Shown here: in pieces, positions 1 through 15,000 of the stretch
Numbering within the stretch: the first letter of the stretch is position 1
Layout: the number at the start of each line of letters is the position of its first letter
Assembly (NCBI GenBank): GCA_027923505.1
Contig: BROI01000033.1
Span: forward strand, 186,001-250,000
Length of the DNA: 64,000 bases
From: Mayamaea pseudoterrestris
Taxonomy: Eukaryota
Direction of reading: 5' to 3'
Translations under genes and position numbers: made by a program
The notes under the pieces: model-generated
What the model was told of the DNA's origin: nothing
What the model saw: only the letters and a program-made list of their open reading frames with translations
Database searches by the model: none

Positions 1-3000
1 GGTGGCCAGGGCATGGGGCATTGTAGTGGTATGATTCCATAATTTGGGGTGTTGGCCACACCCATCTTGTAGACCATTCCATGCTGTAGGCCTCCAGGCA
101 GTCCGTTTTGTACCATGTCAGACCATCCTCATGTCAATGGCACACCCTGGACATGTTTTGCATGACTCATTGGGTTGTTGGGTGATCAGGGGACGGGGCA
201 TTGTAGTGGTATGATTCCATAATTTGCGGTGTTGGCCACACCCATTTTGCAGATGGTGTAGGCCTCCAGGCAGTCCGTTTTGCACCATTTCAGCCCATCC
301 TCATGTCAATGGCACACCCTGGACATGTTTTGCCTGACTCATTGGGTTGTTGGGTGGCCAGGGCATGGGGCATTGTAGTGGTATGATTCCATAATTTGGG
401 GTGTTGGCCACACCCATCTTGTAGACCATTCCATGCTGTAGGCCTCCAGGCAGTCCGTTTTGTACCATGTCAGACCATCCTCATGTCAATGGCACACCCT
501 GGACATGTTTTGCATGACTCATTGGGTTGTTGGGTGATCAGGGGACGGGGCATTGTAGTGGTATGATTCCATAATTTGCGGTGTTGGCCACACCCATTTT
601 GCAGATGGTGTAGGCCTCCAGGCAGTCCGTTTTGCACCATTTCAGCCCATCCTCATGTCAATGGCACACCCTGGACATGTTTTGCCTGACTCATTGGGTT
701 GTTGGGTGGCCAGGGCATGGGGCATTGTAGTGGTATGATTCCATAATTTGGGGTGTTGGCCACACCCATCTTGTAGACCATTCCATGCTGTAGGCCTCCA
801 GGCAGTCCGTTTTGTACCATGTCAGACCATCCTCATGTCAATGGCACACCCTGGACATGTTTTGCATGACTCATTGGGTTGTTGGGTGATCAGGGGACGG
901 GGCATTGTAGTGGTATGATTCCATAATTTGCGGTGTTGGCCACACCCATTTTGCAGATGGTGTAGGCCTCCAGGCAGTCCGTTTTGCACCATTTCAGCCC
1001 ATCCTCATGTCAATGGCACACCCTGGACATGTTTTGCCTGACTCATTGGGTTGTTGGGTGGCCAGGGCATGGGGCATTGTAGTGGTATGATTCCATAATT
1101 TGGGGTGTTGGCCACACCCATCTTGTAGACCATTCCATGCTGTAGGCCTCCAGGCAGTCCGTTTTGTACCATGTCAGACCATCCTCATGTCAATGGCACA
1201 CCCTGGACATGTTTTGCATGACTCATTGGGTTGTTGGGTGATCAGGGGACGGGGCATTGTAGTGGTATGATTCCATAATTTGCGGTGTTGGCCACACCCA
1301 TTTTGCAGATGGTGTAGGCCTCCAGGCAGTCCGTTTTGCACCATTTCAGCCCATCCTCATGTCAATGGCACACCCTGGACATGTTTTGCCTGACTCATTG
1401 GGTTGTTGGGTGGCCAGGGCATGGGGCATTGTAGTGGTATGATTCCATAATTTGGGGTGTTGGCCACACCCATCTTGTAGACCATTCCATGCTGTAGGCC
1501 TCCAGGCAGTCCGTTTTGTACCATGTCAGACCATCCTCATGTCAATGGCACACCCTGGACATGTTTTGCATGACTCATTGGGTTGTTGGGTGATCAGGGG
1601 ACGGGGCATTGTAGTGGTATGATTCCATAATTTGCGGTGTTGGCCACACCCATTTTGCAGATGGTGTAGGCCTCCAGGCAGTCCGTTTTGCACCATTTCA
1701 GCCCATCCTCATGTCAATGGCACACCCTGGACATGTTTTGCCTGACTCATTGGGTTGTTGGGTGGCCAGGGCATGGGGCATTGTAGTGGTATGATTCCAT
1801 AATTTGGGGTGTTGGCCACACCCATCTTGTAGACCATTCCATGCTGTAGGCCTCCAGGCAGTCCGTTTTGTACCATGTCAGACCATCCTCATGTCAATGG
1901 CACACCCTGGACATGTTTTGCATGACTCATTGGGTTGTTGGGTGATCAGGGGACGGGGCATTGTAGTGGTATGATTCCATAATTTGCGGTGTTGGCCACA
2001 CCCATTTTGCAGATGGTGTAGGCCTCCAGGCAGTCCGTTTTGCACCATTTCAGCCCATCCTCATGTCAATGGCACACCCTGGACATGTTTTGCCTGACTC
2101 ATTGGGTTGTTGGGTGGCCAGGGCATGGGGCATTGTAGTGGTATGATTCCATAATTTGGGGTGTTGGCCACACCCATCTTGTAGACCATTCCATGCTGTA
2201 GGCCTCCAGGCAGTCCGTTTTGTACCATGTCAGACCATCCTCATGTCAATGGCACACCCTGGACATGTTTTGCATGACTCATTGGGTTGTTGGGTGATCA
2301 GGGGACGGGGCATTGTAGTGGTATGATTCCATAATTTGCGGTGTTGGCCACACCCATTTTGCAGATGGTGTAGGCCTCCAGGCAGTCCGTTTTGCACCAT
2401 TTCAGCCCATCCTCATGTCAATGGCACACCCTGGACATGTTTTGCCTGACTCATTGGGTTGTTGGGTGGCCAGGGCATGGGGCATTGTAGTGGTATGATT
2501 CCATAATTTGGGGTGTTGGCCACACCCATCTTGTAGACCATTCCATGCTGTAGGCCTCCAGGCAGTCCGTTTTGTACCATGTCAGACCATCCTCATGTCA
2601 ATGGCACACCCTGGACATGTTTTGCATGACTCATTGGGTTGTTGGGTGATCAGGGGACGGGGCATTGTAGTGGTATGATTCCATAATTTGCGGTGTTGGC
2701 CACACCCATTTTGCAGATGGTGTAGGCCTCCAGGCAGTCCGTTTTGCACCATTTCAGCCCATCCTCATGTCAATGGCACACCCTGGACATGTTTTGCCTG
2801 ACTCATTGGGTTGTTGGGTGGCCAGGGCATGGGGCATTGTAGTGGTATGATTCCATAATTTGGGGTGTTGGCCACACCCATCTTGTAGACCATTCCATGC
2901 TGTAGGCCTCCAGGCAGTCCGTTTTGTACCATGTCAGACCATCCTCATGTCAATGGCACACCCTGGACATGTTTTGCCTGACTCATTGGGTTGTTGGGTG

Positions 3001-6000
3001 ATCAGGGGACGGGGCATTGTAGTGGTATGATTCCATAATTTGCGGTGTTGGCCACACCCATTTTGCAGATGGTGTAGGCCTCCAGGCAGTCCGTTTTGTA
3101 CCATGTCAGCCCATCCTCATGTCAATGGCACACCCTGGACATGTTTTGCCTGACTCATTGGGTTGTTGGGTGGCCAGGGCACGGGGCATTGTAGTGGTAT
3201 GATTCCATAATTTGCGGTGTTGGCCACACCCATTTTGCAGATGGTGTAGGCCTCCAGGCAGTCCGTTTTGCACCATTTCAGCCCATCCTCATGTCAATGG
3301 CACACCCTGGACATGTTTTGCCTGACTCATTGGGTTGTTGGGTGGCCAGGGCATGGGGCATTGTAGTGGTATGATTCCATAATTTGGGGTGTTGGCCACA
3401 CCCATCTTGTAGACCATTCCATGCTGTAGGCCTCCAGGCAGTCCGTTTTGTACCATGTCAGACCATCCTCATGTCAATGGCACACCCTGGACATGTTTTG
3501 CATGACTCATTGGGTTGTTGGGTGATCAGGGGACGGGGCATTGTAGTGGTATGATTCCATAATTTGCGGTGTTGGCCACACCCATTTTGCAGATGGTGTA
3601 GGCCTCCAGGCAATCCGTTTTGCACCATTTCAGCCCATCCTCATGTCAATGGCACACCCTGGACATGTTTTGCCTGACTCATTGGGTTGTTGGGTGGCCA
3701 GGGCATGGGGCATTGTAGTGGTATGATTCCATAATTTGGGGTGTTGGCCACACCCATCTTGTAGACCATTCCATGCTGTAGGCCTCCAGGCAGTCCGTTT
3801 TGTACCATGTCAGACCATCCTCATGTCAATGGCACACCCTGGACATGTTTTGCATGACTCATTGGGTTGTTGGGTGATCAGGGGCCGGGGCATTGTAGTG
3901 GTATGATTCCATAATTTGCGGTGTTGGCCACACCCATTTTGCAGATGGTGTAGGCCTCCAGGCAGTCCGTTTTGCACCATTTCAGCCCATCCTCATGTCA
4001 ATGGCACACCCTGGACATGTTTTGCCTGACTCATTGGGTTGTTGGGTGGCCAGGGCATGGGGCATTGTAGTGGTATGATTCCATAATTTGGGGTGTTGGC
4101 CACACCCATCTTGTAGACCATTCCATGCTGTAGGCCTCCAGGCAGTCCGTTTTGTACCATGTCAGACCATCCTCATGTCAATGGCACACCCTGGACATGT
4201 TTTGCATGACTCATTGGGTTGTTGGGTGATCAGGGGACGGGGCATTGTAGTGGTATGATTCCATAATTTGCGGTGTTGGCCACACCCATTTTGCAGATGG
4301 TGTAGGCCTCCAGGCAGTCCGTTTTGCACCATTTCAGCCCATCCTCATGTCAATGGCACACCCTGGACATGTTTTGCCTGACTCATTGGGTTGTTGGGTG
4401 GCCAGGGCATGGGGCATTGTAGTGGTATGATTCCATAATTTGGGGTGTTGGCCACACCCATCTTGTAGACCATTCCATGCTGTAGGCCTCCAGGCAGTCC
4501 GTTTTGTACCATGTCAGACCATCCTCATGTCAATGGCACACCCTGGACATGTTTTGCATGACTCATTGGGTTGTTGGGTGATCAGGGGACGGGGCATTGT
4601 AGTGGTATGATTCCATAATTTGCGGTGTTGGCCACACCCATTTTGCAGATGGTGTAGGCCTCCAGGCAGTCCGTTTTGCACCATTTCAGCCCATCCTCAT
4701 GTCAATGGCACACCCTGGACATGTTTTGCCTGACTCATTGGGTTGTTGGGTGGCCAGGGCATGGGGCATTGTAGTGGTATGATTCCATAATTTGGGGTGT
4801 TGGCCACACCCATCTTGTAGACCATTCCATGCTGTAGGCCTCCAGGCAGTCCGTTTTGTACCATGTCAGACCATCCTCATGTCAATGGCACACCCTGGAC
4901 ATGTTTTGCATGACTCATTGGGTTGTTGGGTGATCAGGGGACGGGGCATTGTAGTGGTATGATTCCATAATTTGCGGTGTTGGCCACACCCATTTTGCAG
5001 ATGGTGTAGGCCTCCAGGCAGTCCGTTTTGCACCATTTCAGCCCATCCTCATGTCAATGGCACACCCTGGACATGTTTTGCCTGACTCATTGGGTTGTTG
5101 GGTGGCCAGGGCATGGGGCATTGTAGTGGTATGATTCCATAATTTGGGGTGTTGGCCACACCCATCTTGTAGACCATTCCATGCTGTAGGCCTCCAGGCA
5201 GTCCGTTTTGTACCATGTCAGACCATCCTCATGTCAATGGCACACCCTGGACATGTTTTGCATGACTCATTGGGTTGTTGGGTGATCAGGGGACGGGGCA
5301 TTGTAGTGGTATGATTCCATAATTTGCGGTGTTGGCCACACCCATTTTGCAGATGGTGTAGGCCTCCAGGCAGTCCGTTTTGCACCATTTCAGCCCATCC
5401 TCATGTCAATGGCACACCCTGGACATGTTTTGCCTGACTCATTGGGTTGTTGGGTGGCCAGGGCATGGGGCATTGTAGTGGTATGATTCCATAATTTGGG
5501 GTGTTGGCCACACCCATCTTGTAGACCATTCCATGCTGTAGGCCTCCAGGCAGTCCGTTTTGTACCATGTCAGACCATCCTCATGTCAATGGCACACCCT
5601 GGACATGTTTTGCATGACTCATTGGGTTGTTGGGTGATCAGGGGACGGGGCATTGTAGTGGTATGATTCCATAATTTGCGGTGTTGGCCACACCCATTTT
5701 GCAGATGGTGTAGGCCTCCAGGCAGTCCGTTTTGCACCATTTCAGCCCATCCTCATGTCAATGGCACACCCTGGACATGTTTTGCCTGACTCATTGGGTT
5801 GTTGGGTGGCCAGGGCATGGGGCATTGTAGTGGTATGATTCCATAATTTGGGGTGTTGGCCACACCCATCTTGTAGACCATTCCATGCTGTAGGCCTCCA
5901 GGCAGTCCGTTTTGTACCATGTCAGACCATCCTCATGTCAATGGCACACCCTGGACATGTTTTGCATGACTCATTGGGTTGTTGGGTGATCAGGGGACGG

Positions 6001-9000
6001 GGCATTGTAGTGGTATGATTCCATAATTTGCGGTGTTGGCCACACCCATTTTGCAGATGGTGTAGGCCTCCAGGCAGTCCGTTTTGCACCATTTCAGCCC
6101 ATCCTCATGTCAATGGCACACCCTGGACATGTTTTGCCTGACTCATTGGGTTGTTGGGTGGCCAGGGCATGGGGCATTGTAGTGGTATGATTCCATAATT
6201 TGGGGTGTTGGCCACACCCATCTTGTAGACCATTCCATGCTGTAGGCCTCCAGGCAGTCCGTTTTGTACCATGTCAGACCATCCTCATGTCAATGGCACA
6301 CCCTGGACATGTTTTGCATGACTCATTGGGTTGTTGGGTGATCAGGGACGGGGCATTGTAGTGGTATGATTCCATAATTTGCGGTGTTGGCCACACCCAT
6401 TTTGCAGATGGTGTAGGCCTCCAGGCAGTCCGTTTTGCACCATTTCAGCCCATCCTCATGTCAATGGCACACCCTGGACATGTTTTGCCTGACTCATTGG
6501 GTTGTTGGGTGGCCAGGGCATGGGGCATTGTAGTGGTATGATTCCATAATTTGGGGTGTTGGCCACACCCATCTTGTAGACCATTCCATGCTGTTGGCCT
6601 CAGGCAGTCCGTTTTGTACCATGTCAGACCATCCTCATGTCTATGGCACACCCTGGACATGTTTTGCATGACTCATTGGGTTGTTGGGTGATCAGGGGAC
6701 GGGGCATTGTAGTGGTATGATTCCATAATTTGCGGTGTTGGCCACACCCATTTTGCAGATGGTGTAGGCCTCCAGGCAGTCCGTTTTGCACCATTTCAGC
6801 CCATCCTCATGTCAATGGCACACCCTGGACATGTTTTGCCTGACTCATTGGGTTGTTGGGTGGCCAGGGCATGGGGCATTGTAGTGGTATGATTCCATAA
6901 TTTGGGGTGTTGGCCACACCCATCTTGTAGACCATTCCATGCTGTAGGCCTCCAGGCAGTCCGTTTTGTACCATGTCAGACCATCCTCATGTCAATGGCA
7001 CACCCTGGACATGTTTTGCATGACTCATTGGGTTGTTGGGTGATCAGGGGGCGGGGGAGGCATTGTAGTGGTATGATTCCATAATTTGCGGTGTTGGCCA
7101 CACCCATTTTGCAGATGGTGTAGGCCTCCAGGCAGTCCGTTTTGCACCATTTCAGCCCATCCTCATGTCAATGGCACACCCTGGACATGTTTTGCCTGAC
7201 TCATTGGGTTGTTGGGTGGCCAGGGCATGGGGCATTGTAGTGGTATGATTCCATAATTTGGGGTGTTGGCCACACCCATCTTGTAGACCATTCCATGCTG
7301 TAGGCCTCCAGGCAGTCCGTGTTTTGTACCATGTCAGACCATCCTCATGTCAATGGCACACCCTGGACATGTTTTGCATGACTCATTGGGTTGTTGGGTG
7401 ATCAGGGGACGGGGCATTGTAGTGGTATGATTCCATAATTTGCGGTGTTGGCCACACCCATTTTGCAGATGGTGTAGGCCTCCAGGCAGTCCGTTTTGCA
7501 CCATTTCAGCCCATCCTCATGTCAATGGCACACCCTGGACATGTTTTGCCTGACTCATTGGGTTGTTGGGTGGCCAGGGCATGGGGCATTGTAGTGGTAT
7601 GATTCCATAATTTGGGGTGTTGGCCACACCCATCTTGTAGACCATTCCATGCTGTAGGCCTCCAGGCAGTCCGTTTTGTACCATGTCAGACCATCCTCAT
7701 GTCAATGGCACACCCTGGACATGTTTTGCATGACTCATTGGGTTGTTGGGTGATCAGGGGACGGGGCATTGTAGTGGTATGATTCCATAATTTGCGGTGT
7801 TGGCCACACCCATTTTGCAGATGGTGTAGGCCTCCAGGCAGTCCGTTTTGCACCATTTCAGCCCATCCTCATGTCAATGGCACACCCTGGACATGTTTTG
7901 CCTGACTCATTGGGTTGTTGGGTGGCCAGGGCATGGGGCATTGTAGTGGTATGATTCCATAATTTGGGGTGTTGGCCACACCCATCTTGTAGACCATTCC
8001 ATGCTGTAGGCCTCCAGGCAGTCCGTTTTGTACCATGTCAGACCATCCTCATGTCAATGGCACACCCTGGACATGTTTTGCATGACTCATTGGGTTGTTG
8101 GGTGATCAGGGGACGGGGCATTGTAGTGGTATGATTCCATAATTTGCGGTGTTGGCCACACCCATTTTGCAGATGGTGTAGGCCTCCAGGCAGTCCGTTT
8201 TGCACCATTTCAGCCCATCCTCATGTCAATGGCACACCCTGGACATGTTTTGCCTGACTCATTGGGTTGTTGGGTGGCCAGGGCATGGGGCATTGTAGTG
8301 GTATGATTCCATAATTTGGGGTGTTGGCCACACCCATCTTGTAGACCATTCCATGCTGTAGGCCTCCAGGCAGTCCGTTTTGTACCATGTCAGACCATCC
8401 TCATGTCAATGGCACACCCTGGACATGTTTTGCATGACTCATTGGGTTGTTGGGTGATCAGGGGACGGGGCATTGTAGTGGTATGATTCCATAATTTGCG
8501 GTGTTGGCCACACCCATTTTGCAGATGGTGTAGGCCTCCAGGCAGTCCGTTTTGCACCATTTCAGCCCATCCTCATGTCAATGGCACACCCTGGACATGT
8601 TTTGCCTGACTCATTGGGTTGTTGGGTGGCCAGGGCATGGGGCATTGTAGTGGTATGATTCCATAATTTGGGGTGTTGGCCACACCCATCTTGTAGACCA
8701 TTCCATGCTGTAGGCCTCCAGGCAGTCCGTTTTGTACCATGTCAGACCATCCTCATGTCAATGGCACACCCTGGACATGTTTTGCATGACTCATTGGGTT
8801 GTTGGGTGATCAGGGGACGGGGCAGGCATTGTAGTGGTATGATTCCATAATTTGCGGTGTTGGCCACACCCATTTTGCAGATGGTGTAGGCCTCCAGGCA
8901 GTCCGTTTTGCACCATTTCAGCCCATCCTCATGTCAATGGCACACCCTGGACATGTTTTGCCTGACTCATTGGGTTGTTGGGTGGCCAGGGCATGGGGCA

Positions 9001-12000
9001 TTGTAGTGGTATGATTCCATAATTTGGGGTGTTGGCCACACCCATCTTGTAGACCATTCCATGCTGTAGGCCTCCAGGCAGTCCGTTTTGTACCATGTCA
9101 GACCATCCTCATGTCAATGGCACACCCTGGACATGTTTTGCATGACTCATTGGGTTGTTGGGTGATCAAGGGACGGGGCATTGTAGTGGTATGATTCCAT
9201 AATTTGCGGTGTTGGCCACACCCATTTTGCAGATGGTGTAGGCCTCCAGGCAGTCCGTTTTGCACCATTTCAGCCCATCCTCATGTCAATGGCACACCCT
9301 GGACATGTTTTGCCTGACTCATTGGGTTGTTGGGTGGCCAGGGCATGGGGCATTGTAGTGGTATGATTCCATAATTTGGGGTGTTGGCCACACCCATCTT
9401 GTAGACCATTCCATGCTGTAGGCCTCCAGGCAGTCCGTTTTGTACCATGTCAGACCATCCTCATGTCAATGGCACACCCTGGACATGTTTTGCATGACTC
9501 ATTGGGTTGTTGGGTGATCAGCCATGCTGTAGGCCTCCAGGCAGTCCGTTTTGTACCATGTCAGACCATCCTCATGTCAATGGCACACCCTGGACATGTT
9601 TTGCATGACTCATTGGGTTGTTGGGTGATCAGGGGACGGGGCATTGTAGTGGTATGATTCCATAATTTGCGGTGTTGGCCACACCCATTTTGCAGATGGT
9701 GTAGGCCTCCAGGCAGTCCGTTTTGCACCATTTCAGCCCATCCTCATGTCAATGGCACACCCTGGACATGTTTTGCCTGACTCATTGGGTTGTTGGGTGG
9801 CCAGGGCATGGGGCATTGTAGTGGTATGATTCCATAATTTGGGGTGTTGGCCACACCCATCTTGTAGACCATTCCATGCTGTAGGCCTCCAGGCAGTCCG
9901 TTTTGTACCATGTCAGACCATCCTCATGTCAATGGCACACCCTGGACATGTTTTGCATGACTCATTGGGTTGTTGGGTGATCAGGGGACGGGGCATTGTA
10001 GTGGTATGATTCCATAATTTGCGGTGTTGGCCACACCCATTTTGCAGATGGTGTAGGCCTCCAGGCAGTCCGTTTTGCACCATTTCAGCCCATCCTCATG
10101 TCAATGGCACACCCTGGACATGTTTTGCCTGACTCATTGGGTTGTTGGGTGGCCAGGGCATGGGGCATTGTAGTGGTATGATTCCATAATTTGGGGTGTT
10201 GGCCACACCCATCTTGTAGACCATTCCATGCTGTAGGCCTCCAGGCAGTCCGTTTTGTACCATGTCAGACCATCCTCATGTCAATGGCACACCCTGGACA
10301 TGTTTTGCATGACTCATTGGGTTGTTGGGTGATCAGGGACGGGGCATTGTAGTGGTATGATTCCATAATTTGCGGTGTTGGCCACACCCATTTTGCAGAT
10401 GGTGTAGGCCTCCAGGCAGTCCGTTTTGCACCATTTCAGCCCATCCTCATGTCAATGGCACACCCTGGACATGTTTTGCCTGACTCATTGGGTTGTTGGG
10501 TGGCCAGGGCATGGGGCATTGTAGTGGTATGATTCCATAATTTGGGGTGTTGGCCACACCCATCTTGTAGACCATTCCATGCTGTTGGCCTCAGGCAGTC
10601 CGTTTTGTACCATGTCAGACCATCCTCATGTCTATGGCACACCCTGGACATGTTTTGCATGACTCATTGGGTTGTTGGGTGATCAGGGGACGGGGCATTG
10701 TAGTGGTATGATTCCATAATTTGCGGTGTTGGCCACACCCATTTTGCAGATGGTGTAGGCCTCCAGGCAGTCCGTTTTGCACCATTTCAGCCCATCCTCA
10801 TGTCAATGGCACACCCTGGACATGTTTTGCCTGACTCATTGGGTTGTTGGGTGGCCAGGGCATGGGGCATTGTAGTGGTATGATTCCATAATTTGGGGTG
10901 TTGGCCACACCCATCTTGTAGACCATTCCATGCTGTAGGCCTCCAGGCAGTCCGTTTTGTACCATGTCAGACCATCCTCATGTCAATGGCACACCCTGGA
11001 CATGTTTTGCATGACTCATTGGGTTGTTGGGTGATCAGGGGGCGGGGGAGGCATTGTAGTGGTATGATTCCATAATTTGCGGTGTTGGCCACACCCATTT
11101 TGCAGATGGTGTAGGCCTCCAGGCAGTCCGTTTTGCACCATTTCAGCCCATCCTCATGTCAATGGCACACCCTGGACATGTTTTGCCTGACTCATTGGGT
11201 TGTTGGGTGGCCAGGGCATGGGGCATTGTAGTGGTATGATTCCATAATTTGGGGTGTTGGCCACACCCATCTTGTAGACCATTCCATGCTGTAGGCCTCC
11301 AGGCAGTCCGTGTTTTGTACCATGTCAGACCATCCTCATGTCAATGGCACACCCTGGACATGTTTTGCATGACTCATTGGGTTGTTGGGTGATCAGGGGA
11401 CGGGGCATTGTAGTGGTATGATTCCATAATTTGCGGTGTTGGCCACACCCATTTTGCAGATGGTGTAGGCCTCCAGGCAGTCCGTTTTGCACCATTTCAG
11501 CCCATCCTCATGTCAATGGCACACCCTGGACATGTTTTGCCTGACTCATTGGGTTGTTGGGTGGCCAGGGCATGGGGCATTGTAGTGGTATGATTCCATA
11601 ATTTGGGGTGTTGGCCACACCCATCTTGTAGACCATTCCATGCTGTAGGCCTCCAGGCAGTCCGTTTTGTACCATGTCAGACCATCCTCATGTCAATGGC
11701 ACACCCTGGACATGTTTTGCATGACTCATTGGGTTGTTGGGTGATCAGGGGACGGGGCATTGTAGTGGTATGATTCCATAATTTGCGGTGTTGGCCACAC
11801 CCATTTTGCAGATGGTGTAGGCCTCCAGGCAGTCCGTTTTGCACCATTTCAGCCCATCCTCATGTCAATGGCACACCCTGGACATGTTTTGCCTGACTCA
11901 TTGGGTTGTTGGGTGGCCAGGGCATGGGGCATTGTAGTGGTATGATTCCATAATTTGGGGTGTTGGCCACACCCATCTTGTAGACCATTCCATGCTGTAG

Positions 12001-15000
12001 GCCTCCAGGCAGTCCGTTTTGTACCATGTCAGACCATCCTCATGTCAATGGCACACCCTGGACATGTTTTGCATGACTCATTGGGTTGTTGGGTGATCAG
12101 GGGACGGGGCATTGTAGTGGTATGATTCCATAATTTGCGGTGTTGGCCACACCCATTTTGCAGATGGTGTAGGCCTCCAGGCAGTCCGTTTTGCACCATT
12201 TCAGCCCATCCTCATGTCAATGGCACACCCTGGACATGTTTTGCCTGACTCATTGGGTTGTTGGGTGGCCAGGGCATGGGGCATTGTAGTGGTATGATTC
12301 CATAATTTGGGGTGTTGGCCACACCCATCTTGTAGACCATTCCATGCTGTAGGCCTCCAGGCAGTCCGTTTTGTACCATGTCAGACCATCCTCATGTCAA
12401 TGGCACACCCTGGACATGTTTTGCATGACTCATTGGGTTGTTGGGTGATCAGGGGACGGGGCATTGTAGTGGTATGATTCCATAATTTGCGGTGTTGGCC
12501 ACACCCATTTTGCAGATGGTGTAGGCCTCCAGGCAGTCCGTTTTGCACCATTTCAGCCCATCCTCATGTCAATGGCACACCCTGGACATGTTTTGCCTGA
12601 CTCATTGGGTTGTTGGGTGGCCAGGGCATGGGGCATTGTAGTGGTATGATTCCATAATTTGGGGTGTTGGCCACACCCATCTTGTAGACCATTCCATGCT
12701 GTAGGCCTCCAGGCAGTCCGTTTTGTACCATGTCAGACCATCCTCATGTCAATGGCACACCCTGGACATGTTTTGCATGACTCATTGGGTTGTTGGGTGA
12801 TCAGGGGACGGGGCAGGCATTGTAGTGGTATGATTCCATAATTTGCGGTGTTGGCCACACCCATTTTGCAGATGGTGTAGGCCTCCAGGCAGTCCGTTTT
12901 GCACCATTTCAGCCCATCCTCATGTCAATGGCACACCCTGGACATGTTTTGCCTGACTCATTGGGTTGTTGGGTGGCCAGGGCATGGGGCATTGTAGTGG
13001 TATGATTCCATAATTTGGGGTGTTGGCCACACCCATCTTGTAGACCATTCCATGCTGTAGGCCTCCAGGCAGTCCGTTTTGTACCATGTCAGACCATCCT
13101 CATGTCAATGGCACACCCTGGACATGTTTTGCATGACTCATTGGGTTGTTGGGTGATCAAGGGACGGGGCATTGTAGTGGTATGATTCCATAATTTGCGG
13201 TGTTGGCCACACCCATTTTGCAGATGGTGTAGGCCTCCAGGCAGTCCGTTTTGCACCATTTCAGCCCATCCTCATGTCAATGGCACACCCTGGACATGTT
13301 TTGCCTGACTCATTGGGTTGTTGGGTGGCCAGGGCATGGGGCATTGTAGTGGTATGATTCCATAATTTGGGGTGTTGGCCACACCCATCTTGTAGACCAT
13401 TCCATGCTGTAGGCCTCCAGGCAGTCCGTTTTGTACCATGTCAGACCATCCTCATGTCAATGGCACACCCTGGACATGTTTTGCATGACTCATTGGGTTG
13501 TTGGGTGATCAGGGGACGGGGCATTGTAGTGGTATGATTCCATAATTTGCGGTGTTGGCCACACCCATTTTGCAGATGGTGTAGGCCTCCAGGCAGTCCG
13601 TTTTGCACCATTTCAGCCCATCCTCATGTCAATGGCACACCCTGGACATGTTTTGCCTGACTCATTGGGTTGTTGGGTGGCCAGGGCATGGGGCATTGTA
13701 GTGGTATGATTCCATAATTTGGGGTGTTGGCCACACCCATCTTGTAGACCATTCCATGCTGTAGGCCTCCAGGCAGTCCGTTTTGTACCATGTCAGACCA
13801 TCCTCATGTCAATGGCACACCCTGGACATGTTTTGCATGACTCATTGGGTTGTTGGGTGATCAGGGGACGGGGCATTGTAGTGGTATGATTCCATAATTT
13901 GCGGTGTTGGCCACACCCATTTTGCAGATGGTGTAGGCCTCCAGGCAGTCCGTTTTGCACCATTTCAGCCCATCCTCATGTCAATGGCACACCCTGGACA
14001 TGTTTTGCCTGACTCATTGGGTTGTTGGGTGGCCAGGGCATGGGGCATTGTAGTGGTATGATTCCATAATTTGGGGTGTTGGCCACACCCATCTTGTAGA
14101 CCATTCCATGCTGTAGGCCTCCAGGCAGTCCGTTTTGTACCATGTCAGACCATCCTCATGTCAATGGCACACCCTGGACATGTTTTGCATGACTCATTGG
14201 GTTGTTGGGTGATCAGGGGACGGGGCATTGTAGTGGTATGATTCCATAATTTGCGGTGTTGGCCACACCCATTTTGCAGATGGTGTAGGCCTCCAGGCAG
14301 TCCGTTTTGCACCATTTCAGCCCATCCTCATGTCAATGGCACACCCTGGACATGTTTTGCCTGACTCATTGGGTTGTTGGGTGGCCAGGGCATGGGGCAT
14401 TGTAGTGGTATGATTCCAAAATTTGGGGTGTTGGCCACACCCATCTTGTAGACCATTCCATGCTGTAGGCCTCCAGGCAGTCCGTTTTGTACCATGTCGG
14501 ACCATCCTCATGTCAATGGCACACCCTGGACATGTTTTGCATGACTCATTGGGTTGTTGGGTGATCAGGGGACGGGGCATTGTAGTGGTATGATTCCATA
14601 ATTTGCGGTGTTGGCCACACCCATTTTGCAGATGGTGTAGGCCTCCAGGCAGTCCGTTTTGCACCATTTCAGCCCATCCTCATGTCAATGGCACACCCTG
14701 GACATGTTTTGCCTGACTCATTGGGTTGTTGGGTGGCCAGGGCATGGGGCATTGTAGTGGTATGATTCCATAATTTGGGGTGTTGGCCACACCCATCTTG
14801 TAGACCATTCCATGCTGTAGGCCTCCAGGCAGTCCGTTTTGTACCATGTCAGACCATCCTCATGTCAATGGCACACCCTGGACATGTTTTGCATGACTCA
14901 TTGGGTTGTTGGGTGATCAGGGGACGGGGCATTGTAGTGGTATGATTCCATAATTTGCGGTGTTGGCCACACCCATTTTGCAGATGGTGTAAGCCTCCAG

